Shown here: positions 51,654 to 63,945 of the stretch, one piece after another
How the letters are laid out: every line of letters starts with the position of its first letter
How positions within the stretch are numbered: position 1 is the first letter of the stretch
Assembly: GCA_030390025.1 (NCBI GenBank)
Contig: CM059432.1
Coordinates: 153,080,001 to 153,144,000, forward strand
Direction of reading: 5' to 3'
From: Squalus acanthias
Lineage: Eukaryota
DNA: 64,000 nucleotides
Translations under genes and position numbers: made by a program
Notes under the pieces: model-generated
Seen by the model: only the letters and a program-made list of their open reading frames with translations
Databases searched by the model: none
What the model was told of the DNA's origin: nothing

Positions 51654-53577
51654 ATGGCCAGCCAACAGCCCAGGGCTGCTCCCAGGTTCCATGACGTTGC
51701 CCTTCAGGCTTTGGTGGATGGAGCAAGAGCCAACAAGGAGGTGCTCTTCCCCTCCTCAGGGAGGAAGAAGCCTCCCCAGCAGACAAAGGCTGTGTGGGTC
51801 CAGATCGCCCAGGAGGTCACCTCTTTATCATTCACATGCAGAACCTGGATCCAGTGCAGGAAGAGGTTTCATGACCTTCTACGTACTGCTAAAGTGAGTA
51901 TGGCTTTCCCTTCACCCTCAATCTGATCCCCATTGCCTCTCCTCACCAGCACTCAGCTTTAGCAACCTCTTCCTCCATATCCCACTTGACACTGACATCC
52001 ATGCACCCTTACCCATTCCCTCTCCCTCTATGGTCACATTCACCTTACTATTCGACTATGCAGCCCTCACACTCCCTATCACTGTCATGCTTTGAAAACA
52101 ACTTACAACACACAGGGAGGGCCCTTAGTCTCGCCAGCTCAATCCATCTTTGTCTCTTTCTAAGCATCTATGCTATGGATTCTCTACACTTACTCTTTCA
52201 ATCTCACTCAAACTCCACTTGTCTCCCTCATTGCAGGAAAAGAGAGCTCACAATAAAAGGGAAAGAGCCAGGACAGGAGGAGGGCCACCCTCATTAGCCC
52301 AGCTCACCCCCTGGGAGGATGCGGTCCTGGAGATCGTGGGCGTAGAGGAGGAAACGCAAGTGGGGGACGGACAGACGGGTGCAGCAGAGCAAGCTGGTGA
52401 CTGAATAGTGTTCCATCTCTCTCATTGACATTGCATGAGTCGTTGATAATGAATCTGAAGCTCTAACAGATGGATTTATGATCATCTGCAATATGCAATG
52501 TGCATGTAACCTTGGCATCGCATCTCTGACTCTTTCCTTTACTCCCCCACAGGACCATCGCAAGCAACCATCCCCACTAGCCAGGAGGAAGAGCCTGAGC
52601 AGACAGACTCCTCAGAGGAAGCTGCAACCTCTGAGGGCGCAGCGTCAGCAGAACTCAGCGCACCCAGCACCGGCGCAGACACTCACACCTCGGTGGGACC
52701 CTCGGGACATACTGTAGTGTTGTCACCTGGTGTATCACAGCTCACAAGTGAGCATCAGCAGATGGTGGAGACAGGGACAGCAGTGGAGAGTCCTAGTCGG
52801 AGGGCGCAGGACTCTCCTAGCTCGGCTCAGCTGCATGTCGACCCTCTGCCTCTGGGTCCATCCATAAGATCAGCGGTGCTGGGACTCCAGGAACAGATGC
52901 AGGAGTCTCTGACAGGTTTTGTCTCCAGGGTCGCTGCGAGTGTGGAGCGAATGGAGGAGTACATAGCGAACATGAGCAGAGCCTTTGTGGAGTCATTGGC
53001 ACATGAACGCATCACCATGGAAAGGATGGCAACCTCCATGGAGGTGATAAGTCGCCAGAGTGCAGAAAACATGGTGAGTGTTCTGAATAGAATGACATCT
53101 CTGGAGGAGCGATGGTCATCTATTGAACAGAGAAACCAGACCTTCATGGAACTCCTTCTGAGTAGGACTTCCAGTGCAGATACGGGTCCCCATGGCCCCC
53201 CTGATGTGCAGCAAGGTGCTCTCAAGCCACTTGCAAGCGCTGAGGTGGACCTGACCCATGAGAGGGATGTTGGTGGCACACAACAAGGAGGTGGGGGCTC
53301 CATTCCAAGCGCTCACACTTCCATGCCACTGACAGGTCCTCGGTCAGAGCCCCACCAGAGTCCGCACCCAAGTGAGATCGGCGTCTCAACCCCTGCCCAG
53401 CCGCAGGAGCAGCAGACTGTTGCCGAGCCCTCTCAGGTTCGCAACCCCAGAGGACGCCCGCCAAAGGAGTCGAGACAGGAGCAGCAACAAAGTGAGCAGG
53501 GGGCCTCCACTTCTGCTGAAGCCACAGGGGAAGCACCACGTAGGAGCACGCGTAAGAGAAAGAAACTGCACAAATAG
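51654..53577 (+). CDS. Intact Myb/SANT-like protein of H5, 474 aa (exons 51654-51893, 52237-52396, 52553-53577)
   Basis: PRFHDVALQALV..VWVQIA..RTWIQCRKRFHDL. GT-AG junctions at phases 0 and 1 give one open frame ending RRSTRKRKKLHK. Confidence 0.85.
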
Positions 53578-53829
53578 TCACAAGGGTAGTCACTTGGGTG
53601 AATTTTGATGTGTATTGTGAAAAAGCCATCAGGTGTAAAGTTTAAATAAAAACTCTGATGGCTACAGCTGCAGTTGTGGCGTCTGTCATTTCGCTAATGG
53701 GACTTCCACAATGAGGCCTTAGGATAACTTGCAATTGTCAGTATGGTGGCCACATTGTTAGGGATCCGCTGGGTCTGGGCCATTGTCGTAGCTCTGGTAA
53801 GAAGCTGCGAGGCAAAAGTGCTTGATTGT

Positions 53830-56611
53830 CTAGGCTAAGCAAATCTGGCCAAGATGAGTGCGTTCCTTGCATTCCGGGCAGCTATGGTTCTCGCGTAATG
53901 CTGCCGCTGGTTGAGGGGCCTCTGCAAGATGTTCGTTCTCTCTCTCCTCCTCCTCTTCCTCCTCCTCCTCCTCATCTGAGGAGGCTATGTGAGGAGCCAC
54001 TTGGTCCTCCGGCATCTGTAAGCCACGACACTGTGCCATGTTGTGAAGTGCACAGCAAACCACGACGATTCTGGAGACCCTGGCTGCTGAGTATTGCAGG
54101 GCTCCACCTGATCTATCCAGGCATCTAAAGCGCATCTTCAGCATACCGATGGTTTGCTCGATTATGGCTCTGGTGGAAATGTGGCTGGAGTTGTAACGCT
54201 CCTCAGCTGCGTTGGATGGGCTCCTCAACAGCGTCATTAGCCACGTCTTCAGGGGATAGCCCTTGTCTCCAAGTAGCCATCCGTGAAGTTGGTCTGGCGG
54301 ACTGAATAGCGGAGGCACACTAGACTGGCGCAGTATGAAGGAGTCATGGCAACTGCCAGGGTACTTGGCACAAACATGCAGAACTTCCTTGTTGTGGTCA
54401 CACGGAAAAATCCCCAGGGCCTGATAACATGCATCCTAGGGTGCTGAAGGAGGTGGCCCTAGAGATAGCGGATGCACTAAGTATGATTTTTCAGAATTCA
54501 TTAGACTCGGGAACAGTGCCCATGGATTGGAGGGTAGCTAACGTTACCCCACTATTCAAAAAGGGGAGTAGGGAAAAAGCAGGTAATTACAGACCTGTAA
54601 GCCTTACATCAGTTGTGGGCAAAATGCTGGAGTCCATCATTAAGGATGAAATAGCGGAGCACTTAGCAAATGGGGACAGGATAGGACAGAGTCAACATGG
54701 AGTTACAAAGGGTAAATCGTGCTTGACTAATCTATTGGAATTTTTTGAGGGAGTAACTGGTAAAATAGATGGGGGAGAGCCAGTAGATGTGGTGTACCTG
54801 GACTTCCAAAAGGCCTTCGATAAGGTCCCACATAAAAGATTAGCATGGAAAATTGAAGCTCATGGGATAAAGGGGAAAGTATTGACGTGGATAGAGAACT
54901 GGCTGTCAGATAGAAAACAGAGAGTTGGAATAAACGGCTCATTTTCTGAATGGCAGGCAGTAACAAGTGGGGTACCACAGGGATCTGTCCTGGGTCCCCA
55001 GCTGTTCACAATTTACATTAATGACCTGGATCAGGGAGTCGGATGCAGCATTTCCAAATTTGCAGACGACACTAAACTAGGAGGGGGGGTGGGCTCAGAG
55101 GAGGAGACCAGGAAGCTCCAGAGCGATTTGGACAGACTGGGTGATTGGGCGGATAAATGGCAGATGCACTATAATGTGGACAAGTGCGAAGTTATCCACC
55201 TTGGGTGCAGGAACGGGAGGGCAAATTATTATTTAAATGGCAATAAATTGGGAGAGGGGGAAGTACAGAGAGACCTGGGTGTTCTTGTACACCAGTCACT
55301 GAAGGCGAGCATGCAGGTGCAACAGGCGATCAAGAAGGCAAACGGTATGCTGGCCTTCATAGCAAAAGGGTTGGAATACAGGAACAGGGATACCTTGCTG
55401 CAGCTGTACAGGGCACTGGTGAGACCACACCTCGAGTACTGTGTACAGTTTTGGTCGCCTCATCTGAGGAAAGATGTTCTTGCCATGGAGGGGGTGCAGC
55501 GGGCGATTCACCAGGCTGATACCAGGAATGGCGGGATTGACCTATGAGGAGAGACTATGTAGTTTAGGGATGTACACACTGGAGTTTAGAAGATTGAGAG
55601 GGGACCTCATAGAAGTGTATAAAATTCTGACAGGTCTAGACAGACTAGATGCAGAAGGGATGTTTCCCTTGGCGGGTGAGAACAGAACTAGAGGACATAA
55701 TTTAAGGATAAGGGCTAAACCATTTAGGACAGAAATGAGGGGGAATTTCTTCACTCAGAGGGTGGTGAACCTGTGGAACTCATTGCCACAGAGGGCAGTG
55801 TACGCCAGCTCATTAAATATATTTAAGAGGGAATTAGATATATTTCTACAGGCAAAAGGGGTTAAGGGTTACGGAGAGAAGGCGGGGACGGGATACTGAA
55901 TTGGAGGATCAGCCATGATCTCATTACCAGCTGAACGTTGAGGGAGTGGAAGCCCTTGCGGTTGACAAAAATACCTGGATTGCGATGGGGTGCCTTAAGG
56001 GCCACATGTGTGCAGTCAACGATGCCCTGCACCCTTGGAAAGCCTGCCAGATTAGCTAATCCAACCGCACGCGCCGTGACACTTGCTCGATCCTTGGTGA
56101 AATGGATGTGATTGTGCGCGATGGCAAAGAGGGCATCAGTTACCTGCATGATGCAGGTGTGTGAGGCTGCCTGGGAGATGCCGCTGATGTCTGCTGCTGA
56201 TCCCTGGAATGAGCCTGAGGCAAAAAAGTTGAGTGCGGTGGTGACTTTGACAGCCACTGATAAGGGGTGTCCACCTGGTCCTCTGGGCTCCAGGTCTTGT
56301 TGCAGCATTGCGCAGATGTTACCCACTACCTCTCGCGAAAGTCGGAACCGCCTTTGGCACTGCTGCTCAGACATGTTGAGGTAGCTGACCCTCTGTCTGT
56401 AGACCCTGTTTGGGGGGTATCTCCTGCGCCGATGGCCTTCCATGCGCTGGCCCCTTCTGTCCTGTGCAGCTTCAGGTGGGTGAGCAGCAGCTTGGCGCTC
56501 CTGCTGTTGCTGCTGCTGTTGGTGCTGCTGTTGTTCATAGTTCTGCTGGTGCCGCGGCTGGTGTTCATCCTCTTCGGATGCCCAGGAGGGAAAGAAATAA
56601 ATGGCTCCCAT
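53830..56611 (-). pseudogene. Harbinger transposase of H5 split by a CR1
   Basis: 56611-55925 (GIVDCTHV..NVQLV) joins in frame to 54402-53830 (CDHN..YPGSCHD..LLGDKGY..IIEQTIG). Probable late frameshift after the poly-E tract. Confidence 0.92.
54403..55924 (+). mobile_element. CR1 LINE, truncated at both ends, antisense inside the H5 transposase
   Basis: ORFs 54429-55547 and 55474-55899 with RT motifs and one frameshift. The 3'UTR stops before the tail. Confidence 0.95.
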
Positions 56612-57588
56612 GCCTCTGGTATATGTCTCAGTTGAGGAAGCCCTCAATGAGGGTGGCGAGAGGGGGTTTCCCAGGAGGTCACACTGCAGATGGGTGTCAG
56701 GCTCCAAACTTCCAGAGCTGTGGTTATGCCTTCTAAAAGTTCCCCCAGACCTGTGACAACAAAGTCCTGCCACCTGCAATTGATGGCTGAACAAATCTCC
56801 TATTTAAAAAGGTTGAGCTGCAGCTGAGAGTCAGCAATCCACTTGTGCTCCCGCCAGGTTTCATTGGAGTGTTTCCCATCAGGCGTGCTTCACGTGGGAA
56901 AAGGGTTAAACTACCTAAAATGCTTCAAAATGGCATTACTGAGCCACTTTAGGGATTGTTAAGAGCGCTAATGGCCTCTCGCGCCTCTTGGAGGCGGGAC
57001 GGAGTCGGGAACCCCGCGACCGATTTTGTCAAAATTGCGTGGAGGCGTGTTGGAGTCGGGATGGGGTCGCGACCCCCGAATCTGCAACTTTAACCCCCCC
57101 ACACGCCTCCAAACCCGACTCCACGGGTCATTCAAAATCCAGCCCATTGAGTACAAAAGTAGAGAAGTTATGCAGAACCTTTATAAAGCGCTGGTTAGGC
57201 CACAACTGGAGTATTGCATCCAGTTCTGGTCACCACACTTTAGGAAGGATGTGAAGGCCCTTGAGAGGGTGCAGAGATTTACCAGAATGGTTCCAGGGAT
57301 GGGGGATTTTAGCTACAAGGACAGGTTGGAGAAGCTGAATTTATTTTCATTAGAGCAAAGGAGGTTGAGAGGTGATTTGATAGAGGTGTACATGATTATG
57401 ACGGGTTTGGATAGGCTAGACGGGGAAAGGCTGTTCCTACTAATTGATGGTACAAGGACGAGGGGACACAGATTTAAGGTTTTGGGCAAGAGATACAGGG
57501 GGGGATGTGAGGAAAAGCTTTTTTACGCGGCGAGTGGGGAGGACCTGGAACTCGCTGCTGACGGAAGTGGTGGAAGCGGAGACACTCA

Positions 57589-58424
57589 GGGCTGGATTTT
57601 GCCAATGGGGAGCTTTTGGAGGCGGGACTCCCAGTTGTCGGGTTTTAGTCCCGCCTCCATCAACTTCTGGCCAACCCACGCTATTTTCCCTAGATTGACC
57701 TTGTTAAGCCCGCACAGCAGGCCAATTAAGGGGAAGCCGGTTACAGAGAACGTCAGCGTATGACGTTTCATTTGTCAAAAAATTTTGACAGATGAATTGT
57801 CATCGTTTGACAGCTCTGTGAAGTTGTCAAACACTGACATTCTCTGTAGTTTGATGAGTTCTTGAATTCAAGACTGATCAAACCTCTTTTGTGAGCAAAA
57901 ATTAGATGGTTGTTGCATTGGAGAATGCAACAGCCATCTGTCATCTCTGCCGCGGAGATGCGAGACTCTCCACATTCCCAACTCTTGAAGCCCACAGGAA
58001 GAAACAAAGGTAAGTAAACTTTTTCTAACACTTTCCACTCACCTCACATACTCACCGCTCCACACTTGCACCCATCACTTACCTCCACAGCGCACTCTTG
58101 CACCCCTCCGATCCCCACAGACCCACTGCTCGCCTCGGTGACCCTGGCGAGGTTCGCAGCTTTCGGGAACCCACACTTGTGTGGGTAAAATGGGGATAAT
58201 CCTCTTATCTGCCTGTTAACTACCTGTTAACAGGCAGTTAAGTGGCTGTAATCTCCTTCCCGCCTCCAAGGAGACGGGACCTGGCGCGGGTCGGCTACCC
58301 GCCTCCTGGGAAGGTGGCACAGATGCGGGTTGGGGGCGGGATGGTTACCCGCCCCCAGATTCTGCCATTTCCCCAGCAGTCCCGCCTCCATACCCGCCTC
58401 CCCAGGGCTGGCAAGATCGCGCCC
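57589..58424 (+). mobile_element. Harbinger-type MITE, hairpin-cassette family copy 2
   Basis: TIRs GGGCTGGATTTT / AAGATCGCGCCC with TSD TCA/TCA. Collinear with 10614-11457. Confidence 0.88.
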
Positions 58425-58592
58425 TCAATGTTTTCAAGGAGAGACTGGATAGGCACTTGAGGGAAATAAACTTGCAAGGCTAGAGGGATAGAGCGAGGGA
58501 ATGGGACTGACTGGATTGCTCTACAGAGAGCTGGCATGGACTAAATGGGCCGAATGGCCTTCTTCTGTGCTGTTATGACTTTATGACACTCT

Positions 58593-59426
58593 GGGCTGGA
58601 TTTTCCAAGCCCCGAGGAGGCGGGACAGCCGGTAAACTCGGAGAAAGTGGGGGCGGATGGCAAAGCCGCCCCCATCCCGCCTCCGTGCCCTTTTTCCAGG
58701 AGGCGGGAAGATGTGCAGCTTCGGATCCCGTCTCCTGGAGGCAGGAAAGGCATTTAATCCTTTTAACTGCCTGTGAACAGGTAGTTAACAGGCAGAAAAA
58801 AGGATTAGTGCCATTTTACCTTCACAGGTGAAGGCTTCCCGACCTCGGAGAACCCCGCCGGGTTGGAGGAGACGTGGAGGAGGTCTGCGGCGGTCGGAGG
58901 CACCTGGAAGTAAGATGTAGAGGTGGAGTGGTAAGGTGTAAGTGTGGAGTGGTAAGTATGCAAGGTGAGTGATAAGTTTAAAAAAGTGTTCACTTACCTT
59001 GTTTTCTTTCTACAGCCTTTAGCCGCAGTGGATCAGGAGAGCCGACATCCTGCTTGTCAATTTCACAGAATGGCTGTTCGAACCTCCGTTCCAACAGCCA
59101 TGTGAAATTTACAAATTTGAAAGGTTTGATGAGTCCTGAACACAAGGCTCATCAAACTAAAGAGAATGTCAGTGTTTGACAGCTTCACAGAGCTGTCAAA
59201 CGCTGACATTTCTTCTTTCAAGAAGTCTTGACAGATAGCACATCTGACGTTGACATGCTCTGTCAGTGACTTCCTCCCTAATTGGCCTGCTGAGCCCGCA
59301 GGGCGGGCTTAACAAGCTCAATCAGGGAAAATCCCTCTAGTTGGTCAGGCGAGGATGGAGGCGGGACATTGACACGACAAGCAGCTGTCCCGCCTCCAAC
59401 TCACCTCCATTCACAAAGTCCAGCCC
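58593..59426 (-). mobile_element. Harbinger-type MITE, hairpin-cassette family copy 3 (inverted)
   Basis: TIRs GGGCTGGATTTT / AAAGTCCAGCCC, flanks TCT/TAT. Reverse-collinear with copies 1 and 2. Confidence 0.88.
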
Positions 59427-60442
59427 TATGACTCTATGCTGCAGTTGTATAAAGCTCTGGCTAAACCACATCTGGAGTACTGTGTTCAGTTCTGGGCACC
59501 GCACTTCAGGAAGGATATTTTGGCCTCGGAGGAGGGGCAGCGCAGATTCACCAGAATGATACCGGGGCTAAAAGGGATAAATTATGAGGACAGGTTGTAT
59601 AGACTAGACTTGTATTCCCTTGAGTATAGAAGATTAAGGGGTGATATAATTGAGGTGGTTAAGATGATTAAAGGATTTGATGAGGTAGATAGAGAGAAAC
59701 TATTTCCTTAGGTGGGGGAGTCCAGATCAAGGGAGCTTAACCTTAAAATTAGAGCTAGGCTGTTCAGGGGTGATGTCAGGAAGCAGTTCTTTACACAAAG
59801 GGTAGTGAAAATCTGGAACTCTCTCCCTCAAAAATGCTGTTGAGGCTGGGTCAACTCCAGTTCCTATGCTCCTATCTACTTGGGTTGACAGAGATTAATT
59901 ATACTTCCACAAACTGTCCAGCTATTATATATTCAAAACAATATTCTACCTGTAGGTGATGCTGTAAACATACTGTTACAAGACCAATTGATTATAATGG
60001 CACCGGACTTAACGTTATGTGACAGCCCCGCACTGAACACACAATGAATCCCAGGCAACAGCCATCCAGGTAAAAAAGAATCCAAATATTCTCCAAACCA
60101 GTAGAGGGTATCTGTCACTGAGCAGAGGTATCAGACACCATACCCGCCCTGAGCAAGAATCCCACCATGCTGAGCAAGATTTTGACCCTCAAATCCCCTC
60201 CCCACCCCAGCGCTTAGCAAGATTTCAGCCCCTAAATCCTTCATCTCAATAAGCAAGTTTGACCCCCCATGCCCCAATAAAACAGATTATATGACCTCCC
60301 AAATATTTCCTGCTCCTTCCCTTCGAACAAGTTTTCAACCACCTCTACCCATACCAATGAGCAAGATTTCTGCTCCGTCCCCCTCAACAGGATTTCGACT
60401 CCCTTCCCCGAGCAAGATTGCATGCCCCCATCAAGGAAGAGC

Positions 60443-62108
60443 TTAAGAAATAGGAGCAGGAGTAGGCCATACAGCCCTTTGAGCCTGCTCCACCATTCAA
60501 AAGATCATGGCTGATCTTCGACCCCAATTCCACTTTCCCACCCGATCCCCATATCCCTTGATTCCCTTAGAGTCCAAAAATCTATCTATCGCAGCCTTGA
60601 ATATACTCAACGATTGAGCATCCACAGCCCTCTGGGGTAGAGAATTCCAAAGATTCACAATCCTCTGAGTGAAGAAATTCCTCCTCATCTCAGTGCTAAA
60701 TGGCTGACCCCTTATCCTGAGACTATGCCCCCTAGTTCTAGACTCTCCAGCCAGGGGGAACAGCCTCTCAGCATCTACCCTGTCAATCCCTCTCAGAATC
60801 TTATATGTTTCAATGAGATCTCCTCTCATTCTTCTAAACTCCAGAGACTATAGTCCCATTCTACTCAATCTCTCCTTCTCTCCTTATAGGACAACCCTCT
60901 CATCCCAGGAATCAATCGAGTGAACCTTCGTTGCACCACCTCCAAGGCAAGTATATCCTTCCTCAGATAAGGAGACCAAAACTGCGCACAGTACTCCAAG
61001 TGTGGTCTCACCAAAGCTCTGTATAATTGCAGCAAGGCTTCCTTACTCTTGTACTCCAACCCCCTTGTAATAAACGCCAACATATCATTTGCCTTCCTAA
61101 TTGCTTGCTGTACCTGCATGTTAACTTGTGTTTCTGTACAAGCACACCAAAATCTCTCTAAACACCAACACTTAATAGTTTCTCATCATTTAAAAAATAT
61201 TCCTACCAAAGTGAATAACCTCACATTTCCTCACATTATACTCCATCTGCCACCTTATTGCCCACTCACTTAACCTGTCTATGTCCCTTTGCAGGCTCTT
61301 TGTTTACTTTCCCACCGAGCTTTGTATTGTCAGCAAATTTGGATATATTGCACTCGGTCCCTTCATCTAAGTCATTACTATAGTTTGTAAATAGCTGAGG
61401 CCCCAGCACTGATCCTTGCGGCACCCCACCAGTAACAGCCTGCCAACCTGAAAATGACCCGTTTATCCCTACTCTCTGTTTTCTGTCCTTTAACCAATCC
61501 TCTATCCATGATAATATATTACCCCCAGTCCCATGAGCCCTTATCTTGTATAACAACCTTTCATGTGGAACCTGATCGAATGCCTTTTGAAAATCCAAAT
61601 ATACTACATCCACTGGTTTCCCTTTATCTACCCTGCTAGTTACATCCTCAAAAAGCACTAATAGATTTGTCAAACACAATTTCATAAAACCAGGTTGACT
61701 CTGCCTAATCTTATTATGATTTTCTAAGTGCCCTGTTACCCCTTCCTTAACAATGGATTCCAGCATTTACCTGACAACTGATGTCAGACTAACTGGCCTG
61801 TAGTTCCCTGTTTTCTCTCTCTCGTCTTTCTTGAATAGTGGGGTTAGATTTGCTACTTTCCAATCCACTGGGACCCTTCCAGAATCTAGGGAATTGTGGA
61901 AGATCACAACCAATGCATCCACTATCTCTGCAGCCACCTCTTTTAGAACCCTAGGATGTTGGCCATCAGGTACAGGGGATTTTTCAGCTCTTGGTCCCAT
62001 TAATTTCTCTGGTACTTTTTCTTTACTAATATTAATTATTTTAAGTTCCTCACCCTCATTAGACCCTTGGTTCCCCACTATTTCTGGTATGTTTTTTGTG
62101 TCTTCTAC
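60443..62108 (-). mobile_element. 5'-truncated degenerate CR1 LINE
   Basis: ORFs 60497-62078 carry RT motifs. The 3' tail is at ~60443. Confidence 0.93.
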
Positions 62109-62479
62109 TTCATTTCAACATGTTTACAGCTTTTTATCATATGCTAACTTCTGAAAAAATCCTCGGCATGGGGCGGGGGAGGGTATTGAAAACATGCTCA
62201 GTGTAAGGGAGGGAGTACTATGAATCAGTGTGTCCATACTTGAGCATCTTTAGCCTCAGTCTTCGTATCTGAGTTTATCTTTTCATTACTTATTCCATGA
62301 ATGGTCATTCTTAAACATTTTACATTAAAATATTTTCTCCTGCATACTTCTCAAGCATGTTTTCAGCTTTTGTTTTTGTTAAACAATGATAAGCAAATTT
62401 ATGTTGACACCTTGTAAATTTTTGATGCAGTACCTTTGGAACCCTGAGACCACTCACTTTATGTATTGTTTATGATATA

Positions 62480-62760
62480 ATAAGAACATGGCTTGGACAA
62501 GAAACAATGCTTATACAAAAGATCCAAGAAGGACGACTGCAATGGTTTGGACATAAGGAATAGGAGCAGGAGTAAGCCATACGGCCCCTTGAGCCTGCTC
62601 CGCATGGAACGAGAAGCTGAGGAAGACCAAGGAAGCGCTGGATAGACAATGTCAAGAACAACTTGTCACAAAAAGGGATAGAGTTGACTGAAGCGGCTCG
62701 GCTAGTTCAGAACCGGCAACAATGGAGTGAATTCATTCAGCCCCATCGTCACTGCTGAGC
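62480..62760 (+). mobile_element. RTE-type LINE 3' relic with a short CR1 tail inserted (~62552-62605)
   Basis: Translatable patches RRLQWFGH and RGRPRKRWIDNV. Confidence 0.6.
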
Positions 62761-63784
62761 TGGGAGGTTAGTAGTAATATATATATATAGGTTCCATCAC
62801 ACTTCAGATATTGCTTTTCAAAGTGTAAAAACAAATTTAAAAAGAAGAAAGCCAGTCATTACATATTAGTTTATTGTGACCCACCACTAAAAATTTACAA
62901 GCACCTCCCAATCTGCAAACTTTCTTCACCAACCAAATGTGTCTAATTGACATCAAGATTTATAGCAATTAGACTTTGTGGCCTTAAAGGTAGAGGCCAA
63001 TTTAACCACAGCTCCAAATTAGCAGCAAAATAATACCATGTGTGAAGACAAGCAATTGCAACAGATTGTGTAACTAGAACATGGTAGAACATACATAGAA
63101 TACATGTACCAAACAGGACAGAAGATACACAGCATCTGAGTAACAGATAGACATAATTTGTGTAAGAAATACAGACCTTTTGTATAAGAGATACCACAAA
63201 TCCATACCTCTGACCTTGACCCCATCAGGGTGAGACCAGGTGATTTTAATATCTTCAGCACCGATTCGGCATAGGTTTGGGCTGGAGATCCAGCCACTTG
63301 AGGATGGCCACTTAGAAGCCTCCAGTAATGCAAACTCTGCAGCTAATCGGCGTCCTTTAAAAGAGCGCAAATCAAAAAATTTGCTGGCAGCCTTTCTGAA
63401 GTCTTGCAGTCTATGACCCCAGCCTGGCGAATCCAGTTGAGCCCAGTACTACTGGATATGAGGCAGGTGCCATGGGACTTCTGACATGGGACTTCTGACA
63501 TGGGACTTCTGACATGGGTAGTCCTCTCACTGGCCCCGCCTCCACTGACATCATAGGTCATAGGTGGAGCAGGTGCAAGTTCTGCCCTCTCCCAGGCCCA
63601 ATGGACACTAGCACCCCAGGTGGACACCTGTCATTTCTGGAACCTGCGCAATATCCCGCCCTCTCTGCTATACTCCGAGCCAATTTATGCTGGGATGGTG
63701 CCTCAGATCCTGAGGAAATTCAGGCCCATGTGTACAAGTGATACACAATGTTTGTACATTAGATACACACCAAAACAAGTGGTC

Positions 63785-63945
63785 AACAGATAGATTTTTG
63801 GACTCTTGGGGAATCAAGGGACATGGAGATCGGGCGGGAAAGTGAAGTTGAGGTCAAAGATCAGCCATGATCTTATTGAATGGCGGAGCAGGCTCGAGGG
63901 GCCATATGGCCTACTCCTGCTCCTATTTCTAATCTTCTTATGATC
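63785..63945 (+). mobile_element. CR1 3' tail fragment
   Basis: GATCAGCCATGATCTTATTGAATGGCGGAGCAGG...CCTACTCCTGCTCCT as in the other CR1 ends. Confidence 0.85.

Larger units (their letters stand above)
51386..57145. mobile_element. PIF/Harbinger transposon H5 (left TIR deleted)
   Basis: Right TIR AAAATCCAGCCC followed by ATT. The left subterminal TTGGGGTCGGGTTGG is present, but the outermost ~12 bp and the TSD are missing. Confidence 0.9.
51271..59435 (+). mobile_element. Second CR1 3' fragment in pieces (51271-51385, 57146-57588, 58425-58592, tail to ~59435)
   Basis: KAYGILGFIN / IEYKSREVM / EAETL / 3'UTR and an (ATGACTCT)-like tail are consecutive once the inserts are removed. Confidence 0.8.
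50995..59875 (+). mobile_element. Outer CR1 fragment in two pieces (~50995-51270 and ~59436-59875)
   Basis: ...RGLEYK ends at 51270 and the next expected motif MLQLYKAL resumes at 59436. Confidence 0.75.

Noticed and set aside
1417..54440. Two CR1s truncated at nearly the same HPR(M/V)L position inside Harbinger genes
   Set aside because: There are only two cases, and other CR1s in the window are truncated elsewhere, so chance cannot be excluded.
60140..60430. Recurrent GAGCAAGATT motif with variable spacers
   Set aside because: Spacers are related C-rich sequence of irregular length, consistent with a decayed minisatellite.
63279..63727. Possible further MITE ending GAAATTCAGGCC, with a 14-bp triplication at 63470-63517
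   Set aside because: The left TIR and TSD could not be established.
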